Shown here: positions 10,475-21,825 of the stretch, one piece after another
Layout of the letters: each line of letters opens with the position of its first letter
How positions within the stretch are numbered: the stretch's first letter is position 1
Assembly: GCA_963663765.2 (NCBI GenBank)
Contig: CAXXUA010000006.1
Coordinates: 352,001-416,000, forward strand
Length of the DNA stretch: 64,000 nucleotides
Reading direction: 5' to 3'
Source of the DNA: Candidatus Poribacteria bacterium
Lineage (GTDB): Bacteria; Poribacteria; WGA-4E; WGA-3G
Notes under the pieces: model-generated
The model's input: the letters and a program-made list of their open reading frames with translations, nothing else
Database searches by the model: none
What the model was told of the DNA's origin: nothing
Translations under genes and position numbers: made by a program

Positions 10475-10761
10475 AAATCAACGGTATGAATGCCATTTAG
10501 GCATTCCCCCAAATCAACGGTATGAATGCCATTTAGGCATTCCCCCAAATCAACGGTATGAATGCCATTTAGGCATTCCCCCAAATCAACGGTATGAATG
10601 CCATTTAGGCATTCCCCCAAATCAACGGTATGAATGCCATTTAGGCATTCCCCCAAATCAACGGTATGAATGCCATTTAGGCATTCCCCCAAATCAACGG
10701 TATGAATGCCATTTAGGCATTCCCCCAAATCAACGGTATGAATGCCATTTAGGCATTCCCC
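10475..10761. repeat. Tandem 36-bp hairpin module, 8 copies
   Basis: CAAATCAACGGTATGAATGCCATTTAGGCATTCCCC repeated; GAATGCC/GGCATTC stem. Confidence 0.93.
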
Positions 10762-11234
10762 GGGTATGAATGCTATAAAGCATTCCCCCAAATCAACGCC
10801 AAATGCGCCTATGGCATTCGTCGGGTATGAATGCCTTATGGCATTCCCCGGGATTTCCAAATTTCCGGGATTATGAGTTTTGCTGTTTCTGCTGGTAATG
10901 AAAAGTGAGCATAAACGCCCATCATATATACCTGGATGTGGAAAATCCTGTTAATCTGGTAATCCTGATAAACATGGTTCAGAAAAATAAAACCCGCGAA
11001 CGGTCGCGACCAGGAGGTCGCTCCTACCAACGCGGGGAGTGTAATGCGTGTAATCCGCGATTCCGAACATATTTTCCATACCTGGATGTGGTAAATCCTG
11101 TAAATCTGGTGATCCTGTGAATCCTGGTTCAGAAAAATAAAACCCGCAAACGGTCGCGACCAGGAGGTCGCTCCTACCACTGCGGGGAGTGTAATGCGTG
11201 TAATCCGCGATTCCGAACATATTCCCCATATCAG

Positions 11235-11417
11235 GGGTGTGTAAAGTTTTGGTTACTGTGCGTAGGGGCGGGGTCTCCCCGCCCGAAAAGAGGTCTTACG
11301 CGGGCGAGGAAACCTCGCCCCTACGATGTCCACAGTTCCCTAACGTCAAGCAAGTTTTGATAGTAACTGGACGGACTTCTTTTAATATTAGAGTTCTACA
11401 AAACACTTTACACACCC
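11235..11417. mobile_element. MITE (GGGTGTGTAAAG ends) carrying a REP doublet
   Basis: TIR GGGTGTGTAAAG / CTTTACACACCC; 9-bp TSD CCATATCAG; internal GTAGGGGCGGGGTCTCCCCGCCC...GCCCCTAC pair. Confidence 0.85.
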
Positions 11418-11498
11418 CCATATCAGAAGATACTTGACTTTTTCACCGACCTTTTGTATATTTTGGTAGCAATATTCAGAGAAAAGGAACAAACATAC

Positions 11499-13340
11499 AT
11501 GAAACATTTATTTTTTTCACTCTTGATGACCCTTGCGATAACCTTCACAAACGCACACACATCGTTTGCACAAGATTACACAATAATGAACCTGCCCGAA
11601 GGTGCGAAGGCCCGATTTGGAAAAAGTTGGGCTGGCGAAATGCAGTATTCACCTGACGGCACAAAGTTAGCGGTAGCAAGTGGCATCGGCGTATGGTTGT
11701 ACGAAACACAGCGAGGCAAAGAACTCTATCTCTACACAGGTCATACGGAGTCGGTCGGAAGCGTAGCGTTCAGTCCGGATGGAGAAACTATCGCCAGTGG
11801 GAGTAGGGACGGCTCAACACATTTATGGAACACAAACACGGGCGCACAGATAGCAATACTTTCGGGATTTACAGGCTCGGTCGGAAGCGTAGCGTTCAGT
11901 CCGGATGGAGAAACTATCGCCAGTGGAGATTATGAAGGCATGATTCATTTATGGTCAGACACAGGTGATTTTATAGAAACGTTTACAGGACATACGGATT
12001 TGGTCAGAAGCATCGCTTTTTCTCCAGATAGCAAGACACTTGCAAGTGGGGGTTGGGATAAAACGCTCCGCTTATGGAACGCAAACACAGGTGTGCATCT
12101 AAAAACACTCTCGGGACATGCGGCTCGGATCAGAAGCGTCGCGTTCAGTCCAGATGGTAAAACTGTCGCAAGTGCAAGTGATGACGACACAATTCGTTTG
12201 TGGAACGCCAACACGGGAACGCTTATGAAAAAACTCACACAACATAGGGATGAAGTCTATAGTATCGCGTTCAGTCCGGATGGCACAACACTCGCAAGCG
12301 GGGGTGATGATAATATGATCCGCATATGGAATGTGAAAACTGGAATGCATGTAAAAACACTCTCCGGACATAAGCGTTTTGTCATCAGCGTTGCGTTCAG
12401 CCCGGATGGCACAACACTTGCAAGTGGGAGTAGGGACGGAACCATCCGTTTCTGGAACGCAAACACGGACAAACTTTTGAATACAATTACAGACCATACA
12501 AATCCTATCAGAAGCGTTGCATTCAGTCCGGATGGAAATACAATTGCAAGTGGAAGTTACAAGAGCATCAAGCTATGGAACACAAACACGGGCGCGAATA
12601 TGATAACACTCTCTGGATTTACAGATTATATCTTCACCGTTGCGTTCAGTCCGGATGGCAACACACTCGCAAATGCAAGTTATGAGAACATCAAGCTATG
12701 GAACGCACACACGGGTGAGCTTCTAAACACTTTATTAGGGCATAAGATTCGTGTCGCAAGCATCGCGTTTTCTCCAGATGGCAGCACACTCGCAAGTGGG
12801 GGTTGGGATAAAACGCTCCGCTTATGGAACGCAAACACCGGTGTGCATCTAAAAACACTCTCTGGATTTCCAGATTATATCTACACCGTCGCGTTCAGTC
12901 CGGATGGAGAAACTATCGCCGGTGCGAGTAAGAACAAGGTACTTTTGTGGAACGTAGACACCGTAGCGCATGTAAAAACACTCTCCGGACATACAGCCGT
13001 TGTGAGCAGCGTTGCGTTCAGTCCAGATGGTAGCATGGTCGCCAGTGGAAGTCGGGATAAAACGCTCCGCTTATGGAACGCAAACACCGGTGCGCACATA
13101 CACACACTCTCTGGACATACGGATGAAGTCAAAACCGTAGCATTCAGTCCAGATGGAGAAATGATTGCAAGCGGGAGTATAGACAAAACCATCCGTTTGT
13201 GGAACGCAAACACCGGTGTGCATCTAAAAACACTCTCGGGACATACGGATGAAGTCTATGGTATTGCGTTCAGTCCGGATGGTAAGACAATCGCCAGTGG
13301 GAGTGATGACGGCACTGTCTTGCTGTGGACAACCCCGTAG
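11499..13340 (+). CDS. Secreted WD40-repeat protein
   Basis: Signal peptide (SFAQD), LPEGAKARFGK motif, about 13 very regular WD40 repeats. Confidence 0.95.
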   Translation: MKHLFFSLLMTLAITFTNAHTSFAQDYTIMNLPEGAKARFGKSWAGEMQYSPDGTKLAVASGIGVWLYETQRGKELYLYTGHTESVGSVAFSPDGETIASGSRDGSTHLWNTNTGAQIAILSGFTGSVGSVAFSPDGETIASGDYEGMIHLWSDTGDFIETFTGHTDLVRSIAFSPDSKTLASGGWDKTLRLWNANTGVHLKTLSGHAARIRSVAFSPDGKTVASASDDDTIRLWNANTGTLMKKLTQHRDEVYSIAFSPDGTTLASGGDDNMIRIWNVKTGMHVKTLSGHKRFVISVAFSPDGTTLASGSRDGTIRFWNANTDKLLNTITDHTNPIRSVAFSPDGNTIASGSYKSIKLWNTNTGANMITLSGFTDYIFTVAFSPDGNTLANASYENIKLWNAHTGELLNTLLGHKIRVASIAFSPDGSTLASGGWDKTLRLWNANTGVHLKTLSGFPDYIYTVAFSPDGETIAGASKNKVLLWNVDTVAHVKTLSGHTAVVSSVAFSPDGSMVASGSRDKTLRLWNANTGAHIHTLSGHTDEVKTVAFSPDGEMIASGSIDKTIRLWNANTGVHLKTLSGHTDEVYGIAFSPDGKTIASGSDDGTVLLWTTP

Positions 13341-14727
13341 ACGTCAATTTAAGGATATTGACATCTTGTGGGAAGGGTCGCTCCTTTTGTCTGAACCAGG
13401 ATTTTCAAATCAAGAAATCAAGAAATCAACGGTATGAATGCCATTTAGGCATTCCCCGGGTATGAATGCTATAAAGCATTCCCCCAAATCAACCCGAATG
13501 CGCCTATGGCATTCGTCGGGTATGAATGCCTTATGGCATTTCCCGGGATTTCCAGATTTCCAAGATTATGAGTTTGGCTCGTTATGGTGCTAATGAAAAG
13601 TAAGCATCAACGCGCATCATATATACCCAGATATGGAAAATCCTGGTAATCCGCTAATCCTGTGAATCCTGGTTCAGACAGAAGCACGAATGAAAAGTAA
13701 GCCTAAACGCGCACCATATATACCTGGATGTGGTAAATTCTGTTAATCTGTAAATTCTGTTAATCCTGGTTCAGAAAAATAAAACCAGGAACGGTCGCGA
13801 CCAGGAGGTCGCTCCTACCAGAACTCTGCAGCTAATGAGACATAATACAATAGAAATGGTATAAGCATCAACGCGCATCATATATACCTGGATGTGGAAA
13901 ATCCTCTTAATCTGCTAATCCTGATAATCCTGGTTCAGAAATATAAAACCCGCGAACGGTCGCGACCAGGAGGTCGCTCCTACCGAAGAGAGTAACCCCC
14001 TGCCAGTAAACAGTAGAATTCCTTAATGAGACAAGATTTATTTGAATTGGTATAAGGATAAACGCGCGTCATATATACCTGGATGTGGTAAATCCTGGTA
14101 ATCTGGTAATCCTGATAATCCTGGTTCAGAAAAAAGCGCTGAGGACGCGGATTCCTTAGAAAACCTCTATCCTTACGACTTGTGCCAGTTAACCCATTGT
14201 TTTCAAAGTTTTTACATATATTAGGTTTATAATGCACACATATCGTCCCTACCAAATCAACGCCAAATGCGCCAAATCAACGGTATGAATGCCATTAAGG
14301 CATTCCCCGTATGGCATTTGTCGGGACTAAAGAGGATGTACTATGACGTTTTTCTATAAACATATCGTCCCTACCAAATCAACGCCAAATGCGCCAAATC
14401 AAGAAATCAACGGTATGAATGCCTTTTGGCATTCCCCGTATGGCATTTGTCGGGACTGAAGATCGTTTCAAACTATGAAGGACACCTGCAAAACGCCATG
14501 CTTATGTGAAACAATGATTAACATATAGTTATTTAGCACAACTCGTTATCCTTAGTAATAGAATATTGGCGAGATGTCTTCTCCGCGGCTTACGTGGAAT
14601 ACGTGTAATCCGTGATTCCGCACGTTTGTCAGCGCAATAAGAAGTTACAAACCGCACATACTTAGGGGAATGCACTGAAGGGATACAATTTCTACTTGAC
14701 AACTCGTTCATAATATACGATACTTAA

Positions 14728-15078
14728 ATGACACCATTATCATTTTATGAGGATGAAAAAATGACTAACAAACACGATTTCATGATTGAACAAATCAAAA
14801 TATCCCCTACGAACATTGATGCCGAAGATGTTCAAGACATTGAACAAACGATATCTAAGCTTGCATGCGGTCCACAAATAGGTGAAACAGAGATAGCGGT
14901 ATTTAAGAAATTTGCATCTGCATTGGAACGGGCATTTCGGGCTGAAATATCTACGTTTACCCCACCTTCAGAAGACTATGAGCATTGGATGATGTTTATC
15001 CCGAAAGATGGTAATTTTGATGCCACTCCGTCACGCTTCTCCGTTTCATTTCACATTAAACGCGTTGAAAACAATTAG
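14728..15078 (+). CDS. Hypothetical protein
   Basis: 116-aa ORF with TTGACA upstream, 23 bp ahead of the DUF2971-like gene; the start may be at 14761. Confidence 0.55.
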   Translation: MTPLSFYEDEKMTNKHDFMIEQIKISPTNIDAEDVQDIEQTISKLACGPQIGETEIAVFKKFASALERAFRAEISTFTPPSEDYEHWMMFIPKDGNFDATPSRFSVSFHIKRVENN

Positions 15079-15101
15079 TTCATCCGCATCAGGAATGTAT
15101 T

Positions 15102-15887
15102 ATGTATAGTTCTTTACCCGGAATTGGTCTACCTGAAGATACAGACCTTCTGTGGAGATATATGAGTTTTGAGAAGTTCGTAAGCCTGTTGAATACGAAA
15201 AGTTTATTTTTTACAAGAGCTGATAAATTTGACGACAAGTTTGAAGGTTTTACACCGCCTTTAGTAAAGAAAGACTATGAGCGTTCCGTAGATACGAATT
15301 CCATAATAGAGTTCCAAAAAAACTTACCCAAATATGCGTTGTGTAGCTGCTGGCACCATGCTGAGGAAGAATCAATAGCGATGTGGGAGAAATATCACAT
15401 GCAGAATAGCGGTATTGCTATCAAAACAACATTCAGCAAGTTTAAAGAGTGTTTGAAAGAAGACTATCGTGTATTTCTCGGCAAAATTGAATATATCAAT
15501 CACTATGAATACCCAGTTCCGCAAAATATATCGGAAATGAGTATGTTCTATACTTGGTATTTTCATAAGCGGAAAACGTTTGAGTACGAAAGAGAATTTC
15601 GTGCTATTTTTTTTCACTTTCCAAGGCCCTTTACAAATTATATTGATGACAACGGTAATTTCATCAATCGTAGAACGCCAATAAAAGAGATTGATTTTGA
15701 AGATATTTGTAATACGGGTATGTCTCTTGAAGTAGATCTCAATAGTTTGATCTGCGAAGTCGTCATCTCACCATATATGAGAAAAGAGGAATGGATTTTA
15801 GATACAGTTAGGTCGGTCATTCACCAATACGGTTTTGATTTTGATGTTAATGCCTCACCCCTTTTGGATGAACCTGAAATGAGTTAA
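15102..15887 (+). CDS. DUF2971-like protein
   Basis: LWRYMSFEKF, FDDKFEG, CSCWH...ESIAMWEKY, GIAIKT and KRKTFEYEREFR motif series. Confidence 0.75.
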   Translation: MYSSLPGIGLPEDTDLLWRYMSFEKFVSLLNTKSLFFTRADKFDDKFEGFTPPLVKKDYERSVDTNSIIEFQKNLPKYALCSCWHHAEEESIAMWEKYHMQNSGIAIKTTFSKFKECLKEDYRVFLGKIEYINHYEYPVPQNISEMSMFYTWYFHKRKTFEYEREFRAIFFHFPRPFTNYIDDNGNFINRRTPIKEIDFEDICNTGMSLEVDLNSLICEVVISPYMRKEEWILDTVRSVIHQYGFDFDVNASPLLDEPEMS

Positions 15888-15988
15888 GATATTGAAGATT
15901 CGCAGGGTGTCCAGCCGCGGATGATGTTCTTCCCTCTTGGTAGGAGCGACCCGGGAATGCCATACGCGCATTCATACCGTTGATTTAC

Positions 15989-16370
15989 CGGTCACGAACA
16001 TATTCAAACACGGACGCGAACATATTCAAACACGGACGTGACCATATTCAAACACGGACGTGACCATATTCAAACACGGACGCGAACATATTCAAATACG
16101 GACGCGAACATATTCAAATACGGACGCGAACATATTCAAACACGGACGCGAACATATTCAAACACGGACGCGACCGTCTTCCAACACGGTCACGACCATA
16201 TTCAAACACGGACGCGAACATATTCAAACACGGACGCGAACATATTCAAACACGGACGCGAACATATTCAAACACGGTCGCGACCGTCTTCCAACACGGT
16301 CACGACCATATTCAAACACGGTCGCGAACATATTCAAACACGGTCGCGACCATATTCAAACACGGTCGCG
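15989..16370. repeat. 22-bp minisatellite, about 17 copies, between convergent REPs
   Basis: CGGACGCGAACATATTCAAACA and variants; flanked by GGTAGGAGCGACC (15939) and GGTCGCTCCTACC (about 16378-16390). Confidence 0.9.
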
Positions 16371-16505
16371 ACCAGGAGGTCGCTCCTACCAAGAGGTTTT
16401 CTCCGCGTCTTCTGTGTAATCCGTGATTCTGCACACCCATCAGCGAAATCCGCAACCAAAGCGCAAATTATCTTTTACGGGGGGCGCGGCGTTTGAGACG
16501 TGCTT

Positions 16506-17150
16506 TCAGGTCCTCTGGCGGTTCGTGGGTATCGGTAGTGGTTCTGCCTGTCGGAAGGTTTTGCTTGCTTCTGCATCGCCTGTGAGTAGGTCCAGCTGTT
16601 CACGCAAGCTGGAAACTTCTGCTTGTAAGGTGTGGACGACAGTTTCAGGGTCGCCCGTGAGCGGCATATCCAAAGCGGTGCGGATTTTGTCTATCCATTG
16701 TTGGTCTGTCATCAGTATCTCCTGTATGACACTACGCATCTCGTGTTTTTTCTGGATGGCGGTGTCTCGGTTTGACCCGAACTCAACGAGGGAGACCTCT
16801 TTGAGATGGGCATCGTAGACGTTGTATGTGGTGGTTTGTATCCTGCCGTTGCCGTCATCGTATTGTTTTCCGGGTTTGTGTGTGCAGTATTCATCAGTGT
16901 CTGTGTTGTCCCACCAATACCAGCGACGCAACTCGCGTTGACAGAGGTTGCAGACCTCTCGCTCGCCGTAGAAACCGACTGAGATCTGATTTATCAAGCC
17001 GTATTCAATGGCGCGTATCAGTTTTTCGCTTGTGCGGAACTCGCGTCCCTGCCCCTCGTTTTCCATATTTTTGAGGATATAGAAGTCAATCATGAGCTCG
17101 TTTTTATCGGTGAGGACAGCATTGTTTGAACGTCCGTATCTGAAGGAACG
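16506..17150 (-). pseudogene. Phage prohead-protease-like fragment
   Basis: AIEYGLINQISVGF, CxxC...CTHKPGKQY and EVSLVEFGSN. The frame stays open upstream of the ATG (SFRYGRSNNAVLTDKNEL) until a REP, which suggests N-terminal truncation. Confidence 0.55.
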
Positions 17151-17482
17151 GTAGGCGTGCTTTGTAAGCGCTCCCTCTTGTCTGAACCAGGATTTTCAGG
17201 ATTTTTAGGATTTCCACATTAGATGTTTCTGTATAGGGAAAGTGTATCTTTTCAATGGAAATCAACGACATAAAATTCATAATCCTGAAAATCTGGTAAT
17301 CCTGTAAATCATGGTTCAGACAAGAGGGAGCGCTTACAAAGCACCAAATCAAAAAATCAACGGTATGAATACCTTATGGTATTCCCCGGGTATGAATGCC
17401 ATTTAGGCATTCCCCGCCTGCAGGTAATGTTATCGTTTGTGATGTAATATGTCCAAATATTACAACACAAAAGGAGTTTTGT

Positions 17483-18511
17483 ATGAAAAGATGCTTATTG
17501 TTACTCAGTATTTTTTTCGCTATGATGCTCGTTGCGTGTGGCGGTGATGATGAGATAACTACACCTATAGAAGACGATAATATGGTGATGGATAACGGCA
17601 CACAAACGCCTATAGAACTACTACCAGAACCTGTCAGGATCTATTATTCAGGCACACTCACAGGACATTGGGATTATGTTGAATCCGTGGCGTTTAGTCC
17701 GGATGGGAGCATGCTCGCCAGTGGAAGTTGGGACAACACCGTTCGTTTGTGGAACACAAGTGACGGCACGCCTCTCCGCACACTTACAGGACATTGGCGC
17801 AGTATCTATAGCGTCGCTTTTAGTCCGGATGGCATCATCATCGCCAGTGGGAGTTCTGACAACACCATTCGTTTGTGGAACACAAGCTGCGGAACGCTTC
17901 TCCGCACACTTACAGGGCATACTCATTTTGTCAGAAGCGTAGCGTTCAGTCCGGATGGTAAGACAATTGCGAGTGGTAGTTCTGACAACACCATTCGTTT
18001 GTGGAATGTAAACGACGGCACACACATCCGCACGTTCACAGGACATACGCATATTATCAGAAGCGTAGCGTTCAGTCCAGATGGAGACACTCTCGCCAGT
18101 TGCAGTGGGGACAACACCGTCCGTTTGTGGAATATAAGTGATGGTACATACCTCAGCACGTTCACAGGACATCCGGAAACCGTCGCGTTCAGTCCGGATG
18201 GTAAAACTCTCGCCAGCAGCAGTAGAGAGGACATCCGTTTATTGAACGTAAGTGACGGCTCGCTTATCCGTACGTTCAGAGGGCATTTGAATGGTGTCTC
18301 ACAAGTAGTGTTCAGTCCGGATGGTAAAACTCTCGCTAGCAGCAGTTGGGACGCCACCGCCCGTTTGTGGAATGTAGACGACGGCACGCATCTCCGCACG
18401 TTCACAGGGTATTTGAATGTTGTTTTGAGCGTCGCGTTCAGTTCTGACGGTAATTCCCTCGCAAGTGGCAGTGGGGACAACACCGTGCGTATGTGGGATG
18501 TAAGTGAGTGA
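17483..18511 (+). CDS. WD40-repeat lipoprotein
   Basis: AAGGAG RBS, MKRCLLLL...LVACGG lipobox, 7 WD40 repeats. Confidence 0.92.
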   Translation: MKRCLLLLSIFFAMMLVACGGDDEITTPIEDDNMVMDNGTQTPIELLPEPVRIYYSGTLTGHWDYVESVAFSPDGSMLASGSWDNTVRLWNTSDGTPLRTLTGHWRSIYSVAFSPDGIIIASGSSDNTIRLWNTSCGTLLRTLTGHTHFVRSVAFSPDGKTIASGSSDNTIRLWNVNDGTHIRTFTGHTHIIRSVAFSPDGDTLASCSGDNTVRLWNISDGTYLSTFTGHPETVAFSPDGKTLASSSREDIRLLNVSDGSLIRTFRGHLNGVSQVVFSPDGKTLASSSWDATARLWNVDDGTHLRTFTGYLNVVLSVAFSSDGNSLASGSGDNTVRMWDVSE

Positions 18512-18700
18512 TGCGGGTTATCTGAACAAGGATGGACAGGATTACCAGACTATCAGGATTAGAGTTTGCTGCATCTGGCTTCCATTCAAAAGAAAACATA
18601 AATGTGTATCACATACATTGAAGGCTGTCTGAACCAGGATTTTTAGGATAGGCATGGTTTGGTTAGGGTTTTTCTTGTTTTAGGATGACAAGCAAGACGG

Positions 18701-19102
18701 TTAGGTTTGCATTATTTCAAGACTCTCGGTTTTGAGTTTTGAATTGCTTTGTTCTTCAGTTAATGTAGGAGCTTTCTGATAATCAGTCTCAACACCATCT
18801 AATGGCACAATTGAAAGCCGACACCCAATAGCGTTGAGGACGGTAGTAAACATATCAATATGCAGTGCTTCTTTCCTCGTTAACACATCGGAGAGGATTT
18901 GTGGGTCAATGTCTGTTTTCTTTGCGACTTCAGCAATTCCACCCTTTGCTTCAACGATACTCTCTAAGGAAATTTGAATGACAGCGGCATTGCCATGGGT
19001 TTGATATTCTTCCATTACGGCAGAGAGGTATCCACTCATATCTTCCTCTTCGGCAAGTTGTTCAATTAGAAATGCTCTCCATGTTCCATGTGCTTTATTC
19101 AT
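18701..19102 (-). CDS. Addiction-module antitoxin (HTH, HI1420-like)
   Basis: YLSAVME...IVEAKGGIAEVAKKT...TVLNAIGCRL; overlaps the toxin stop. Confidence 0.8.
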   Translation of the reverse strand: MNKAHGTWRAFLIEQLAEEEDMSGYLSAVMEEYQTHGNAAVIQISLESIVEAKGGIAEVAKKTDIDPQILSDVLTRKEALHIDMFTTVLNAIGCRLSIVPLDGVETDYQKAPTLTEEQSNSKLKTESLEIMQT

Positions 19103-19436
19103 TTTGTCTCTCCTTGTAATCTTTCCAATAGTTTTTTGCCAGGTTTATATCCCGATTTTGCGAAGACTTGTCTCCACCACAAAGCAGAAGAACGATTGTA
19201 TTGTCCACTTCACCATAATAGATACGGTAACCTGGTCCGAAGTCAAGTTTCAATTCCCAAACCCCGTCACCTACCGATCTATATTTGCCAAGGTTCCCAA
19301 TTTCGACTGAATCTACACGAGCTTGAATCCGTTCTTTTACCTTTTTATCCCGAATTGAATTGAACCAATCGGTGAATGGTATGGTTCCGTTTGGTCGTTG
19401 GTAAGTATCAATTGTTCGTGGTCGAGTGTCACGCAT
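19095..19436 (-). CDS. RelE/HigB-type toxin (HI1419-like)
   Basis: PFTDWF...GNLGKYRSVGDGVWELKLDFGPGYRIYYG...LLLCGGDKSSQNRDI; toxin-first order. Confidence 0.9.
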   Translation of the reverse strand: MRDTRPRTIDTYQRPNGTIPFTDWFNSIRDKKVKERIQARVDSVEIGNLGKYRSVGDGVWELKLDFGPGYRIYYGEVDNTIVLLLCGGDKSSQNRDINLAKNYWKDYKERQNE

Positions 19437-19677
19437 TGACGAATTTCACAGGTTATTATTCGGGAAGCGAGTAAAAAAAAGTTATCATAAACTATATTTA
19501 CATATAGTATCATAATTACTACACAAAGTCAAGATTCAAATATAGCAGTATCAGAGGTTTTCAATTGTCGAATTTCGCTCTTGTGGGAGTGGTTTTTTTA
19601 ACTCCAACTGTGTGGGGTTTATCTTGTAAGACTGTCGGGGTTGAAAACCCCTCCCACAAGAGAAACCTCACACAAGA

Positions 19678-20545
19678 GGGCGCGCTTACAAAGCACGCCT
19701 ACTGATGGCGGGGTGGGGCGCGCTTACAAAGCACGCCTACTGATGACGGGGTGGGGCGCGCTTACAAAGCACGCCTGCAAGAGGGATAAGAGGGCGCGCT
19801 TAAAAAGCACGCCTGCAAGAGGGATAAGAGGTGCGCGCTTAAAAAGCACCAAATCAACGGTATGAATCATGGAGCATGCCATACGCGCATGCTTCTTTAA
19901 GCATTCCCCGCCCGCAAGAGGGGTAAGAGGGGCGCGCTTACAAAGCACCAAATTAACGGTATGAATCATGGAGCATGCCATACGCGCATGCTTCTTTAGG
20001 CATTCCCCGCCCGCAAGCTTACTATTACCCATAAGTGGAATTGGAGGGACAAAGGCTCGACATGCTGCTGTAGGAGGAGTTTCTAACCCCGATAGAGGAC
20101 AGAAAACTGGTCATAAGAACTAAAAAACCTTGTGAAATTAGTCTAAAAGGCCTATAAAGGTATCCTACATCTAAAATATTGGTCAGTTTTCAGGCGTTTT
20201 TGAGCAACAGGCACCTACAAAAGACTTAACGGACTATACCCAAAAACTTATGGGTAATAGTAAGGCCCGCAAGAGGGGTAAGAGGGGCGCGCTTACAAAG
20301 CACGCCTACAGTTAGGGGCGCGCTTGCAAAGCACGCCTACAGTTAGGGGCGCGCTTACAAAGCACGCCTGCAAGAGGGATAAGAGGGGCGCGCTTACAAA
20401 GCACCAAATCAAAAAATCAACGGTATGAATACCTTATGGTATTCCCCGGGTATGAATGACATTTAGGCATTCCCCGCCTGCAAGAGGGATAAGAGGGGCG
20501 CGCTTACAAAGCACGCCTGCAGTTAGGGGCGCGCTTACAAAGCAC
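19678..20545. repeat. REP cluster with nested 36-bp modules
   Basis: Many GGCGCGCTTACAAAGCACGCCT copies, some interrupted by CAAATCAACGGTATGAAT...GCATTCCCC; similar clusters at 21990-22310 and 49065-49330. Confidence 0.85.
20018..20264. mobile_element. MITE with IS4-type ends
   Basis: TIR CTTACTATTACCCATAAG / CTTATGGGTAATAGTAAG matches the IS at 3576-5232; 9-bp TSD GCCCGCAAG. Confidence 0.88.
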
Positions 20546-20847
20546 GCATACCACAAGAGGGGTGGAATCCGTGTCATTCGCGATCCTGGAGCGTTCGGAA
20601 TCGCGGAGAAGAGTTCTGCCAATCAATCATATATAAATATGCTGATCTTGCTGTTTTTTCTATATGTCAGCTGTTCCTTTTTGTGCAGCAAAAGATAATA
20701 TTTGCACCTAATGGTGCATTTCATTGTGGCTGTTCTCTGCTTTTACAAGTATTACGGGTTTCTTAAATTGGCACGCGAATTGCTTTTTTATTCATAAGTC
20801 TACCATAAATGTAATATATCCAAATATTACAACACAAGGAGTTTCTT

Positions 20848-21825
20848 ATGAGAAGAAGTTTATTGATACTCAGTATTTTCCTTGCCATGATGCTGGTTGC
20901 ATGTGGTGGTGATGATGAACCTATCATAGATCCTGACAAGACGTATTTTTCAGGCATACTCAAAGGGCATACAAAGAGTGTCTACACTGTAGCGTTTAGT
21001 CCGGATGGGAACACCCTTGCCAGTGGGGGTTATGACAAAACCATTCGTCTGTGGGACACGGACGATGGGACACAGATACGTATATTATCAGGACATAGGG
21101 GGCCTGTCAGTAGCGTAGCGTTCAGTCCGGATGGTAGCACTATCGCAAGTGGCAGTCAGGACTATACTATTCTATTATGGAACGCAAATAACGGCACGCC
21201 TCTCCGCTCCCTCACAGGGCATACGAATGAGGTCAGAAGTGTTGCGTTCAGTCCGGATGGTAGCACGGTCGCCAGTGGCAGTAATGACAGTACCATCCGT
21301 TTGTGGAACGCAAGTAACGGTACACATATCCGCACGTTCACAGGGCATAGGGGAGCTGTCCGGAGTGTTGCGTTCAATCCGGATGGTAATACCCTCGCCA
21401 GTGGGAGTGATGACGGTACCATTCGCGTGTGGAATGTAAGTGATGACAAGCTTCCTCGCACGCTCCCAGGTCATTTGCTGGGTGTCTTCACCGTAGCGTT
21501 CAATCCGGATGGTAGCACCCTCGCCAGTGGGAGTTGGGACGCAACCATCAATTTGTGGGACGCAAATGACTGCATACATCTCCACACCCTCACTGGGCAT
21601 ACAGGTTCTATCTTAAGCGTGGTGTTTAGTCCCGATGGTAGCACACTCGCAAGTGGGAGTGGTGACGATACCATACGTTTGTGGGACGCAAGTGATGGGT
21701 CGCATCTCCGCACGCTTTTATGGAATTTCTATGAGATCACAAGCGTAGCGTTTAGTCCGGATGGTAAAGCCCTTGCCGGTGCCAATGGTGACATCACCGT
21801 CCGCATGTGGGACCTCACTGAGTGA
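20848..21825 (+). CDS. WD40-repeat lipoprotein
   Basis: AAGGAG RBS, LVACGG lipobox, 7 WD40 repeats; paralog of 17483-18511. Confidence 0.92.
   Translation: MRRSLLILSIFLAMMLVACGGDDEPIIDPDKTYFSGILKGHTKSVYTVAFSPDGNTLASGGYDKTIRLWDTDDGTQIRILSGHRGPVSSVAFSPDGSTIASGSQDYTILLWNANNGTPLRSLTGHTNEVRSVAFSPDGSTVASGSNDSTIRLWNASNGTHIRTFTGHRGAVRSVAFNPDGNTLASGSDDGTIRVWNVSDDKLPRTLPGHLLGVFTVAFNPDGSTLASGSWDATINLWDANDCIHLHTLTGHTGSILSVVFSPDGSTLASGSGDDTIRLWDASDGSHLRTLLWNFYEITSVAFSPDGKALAGANGDITVRMWDLTE

Noticed and set aside
13315-13324. 10-nt matches to mini-array spacer 1 (also near 47007)
   Set aside because: Too short, no CCN flank and not at a promoter; expected by chance.
19918-19930. 11-nt match AGGGGTAAGAG between the 9.6-kb spacer and REP flanks
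   Set aside because: Does not include the spacer's 5' seed and is short.
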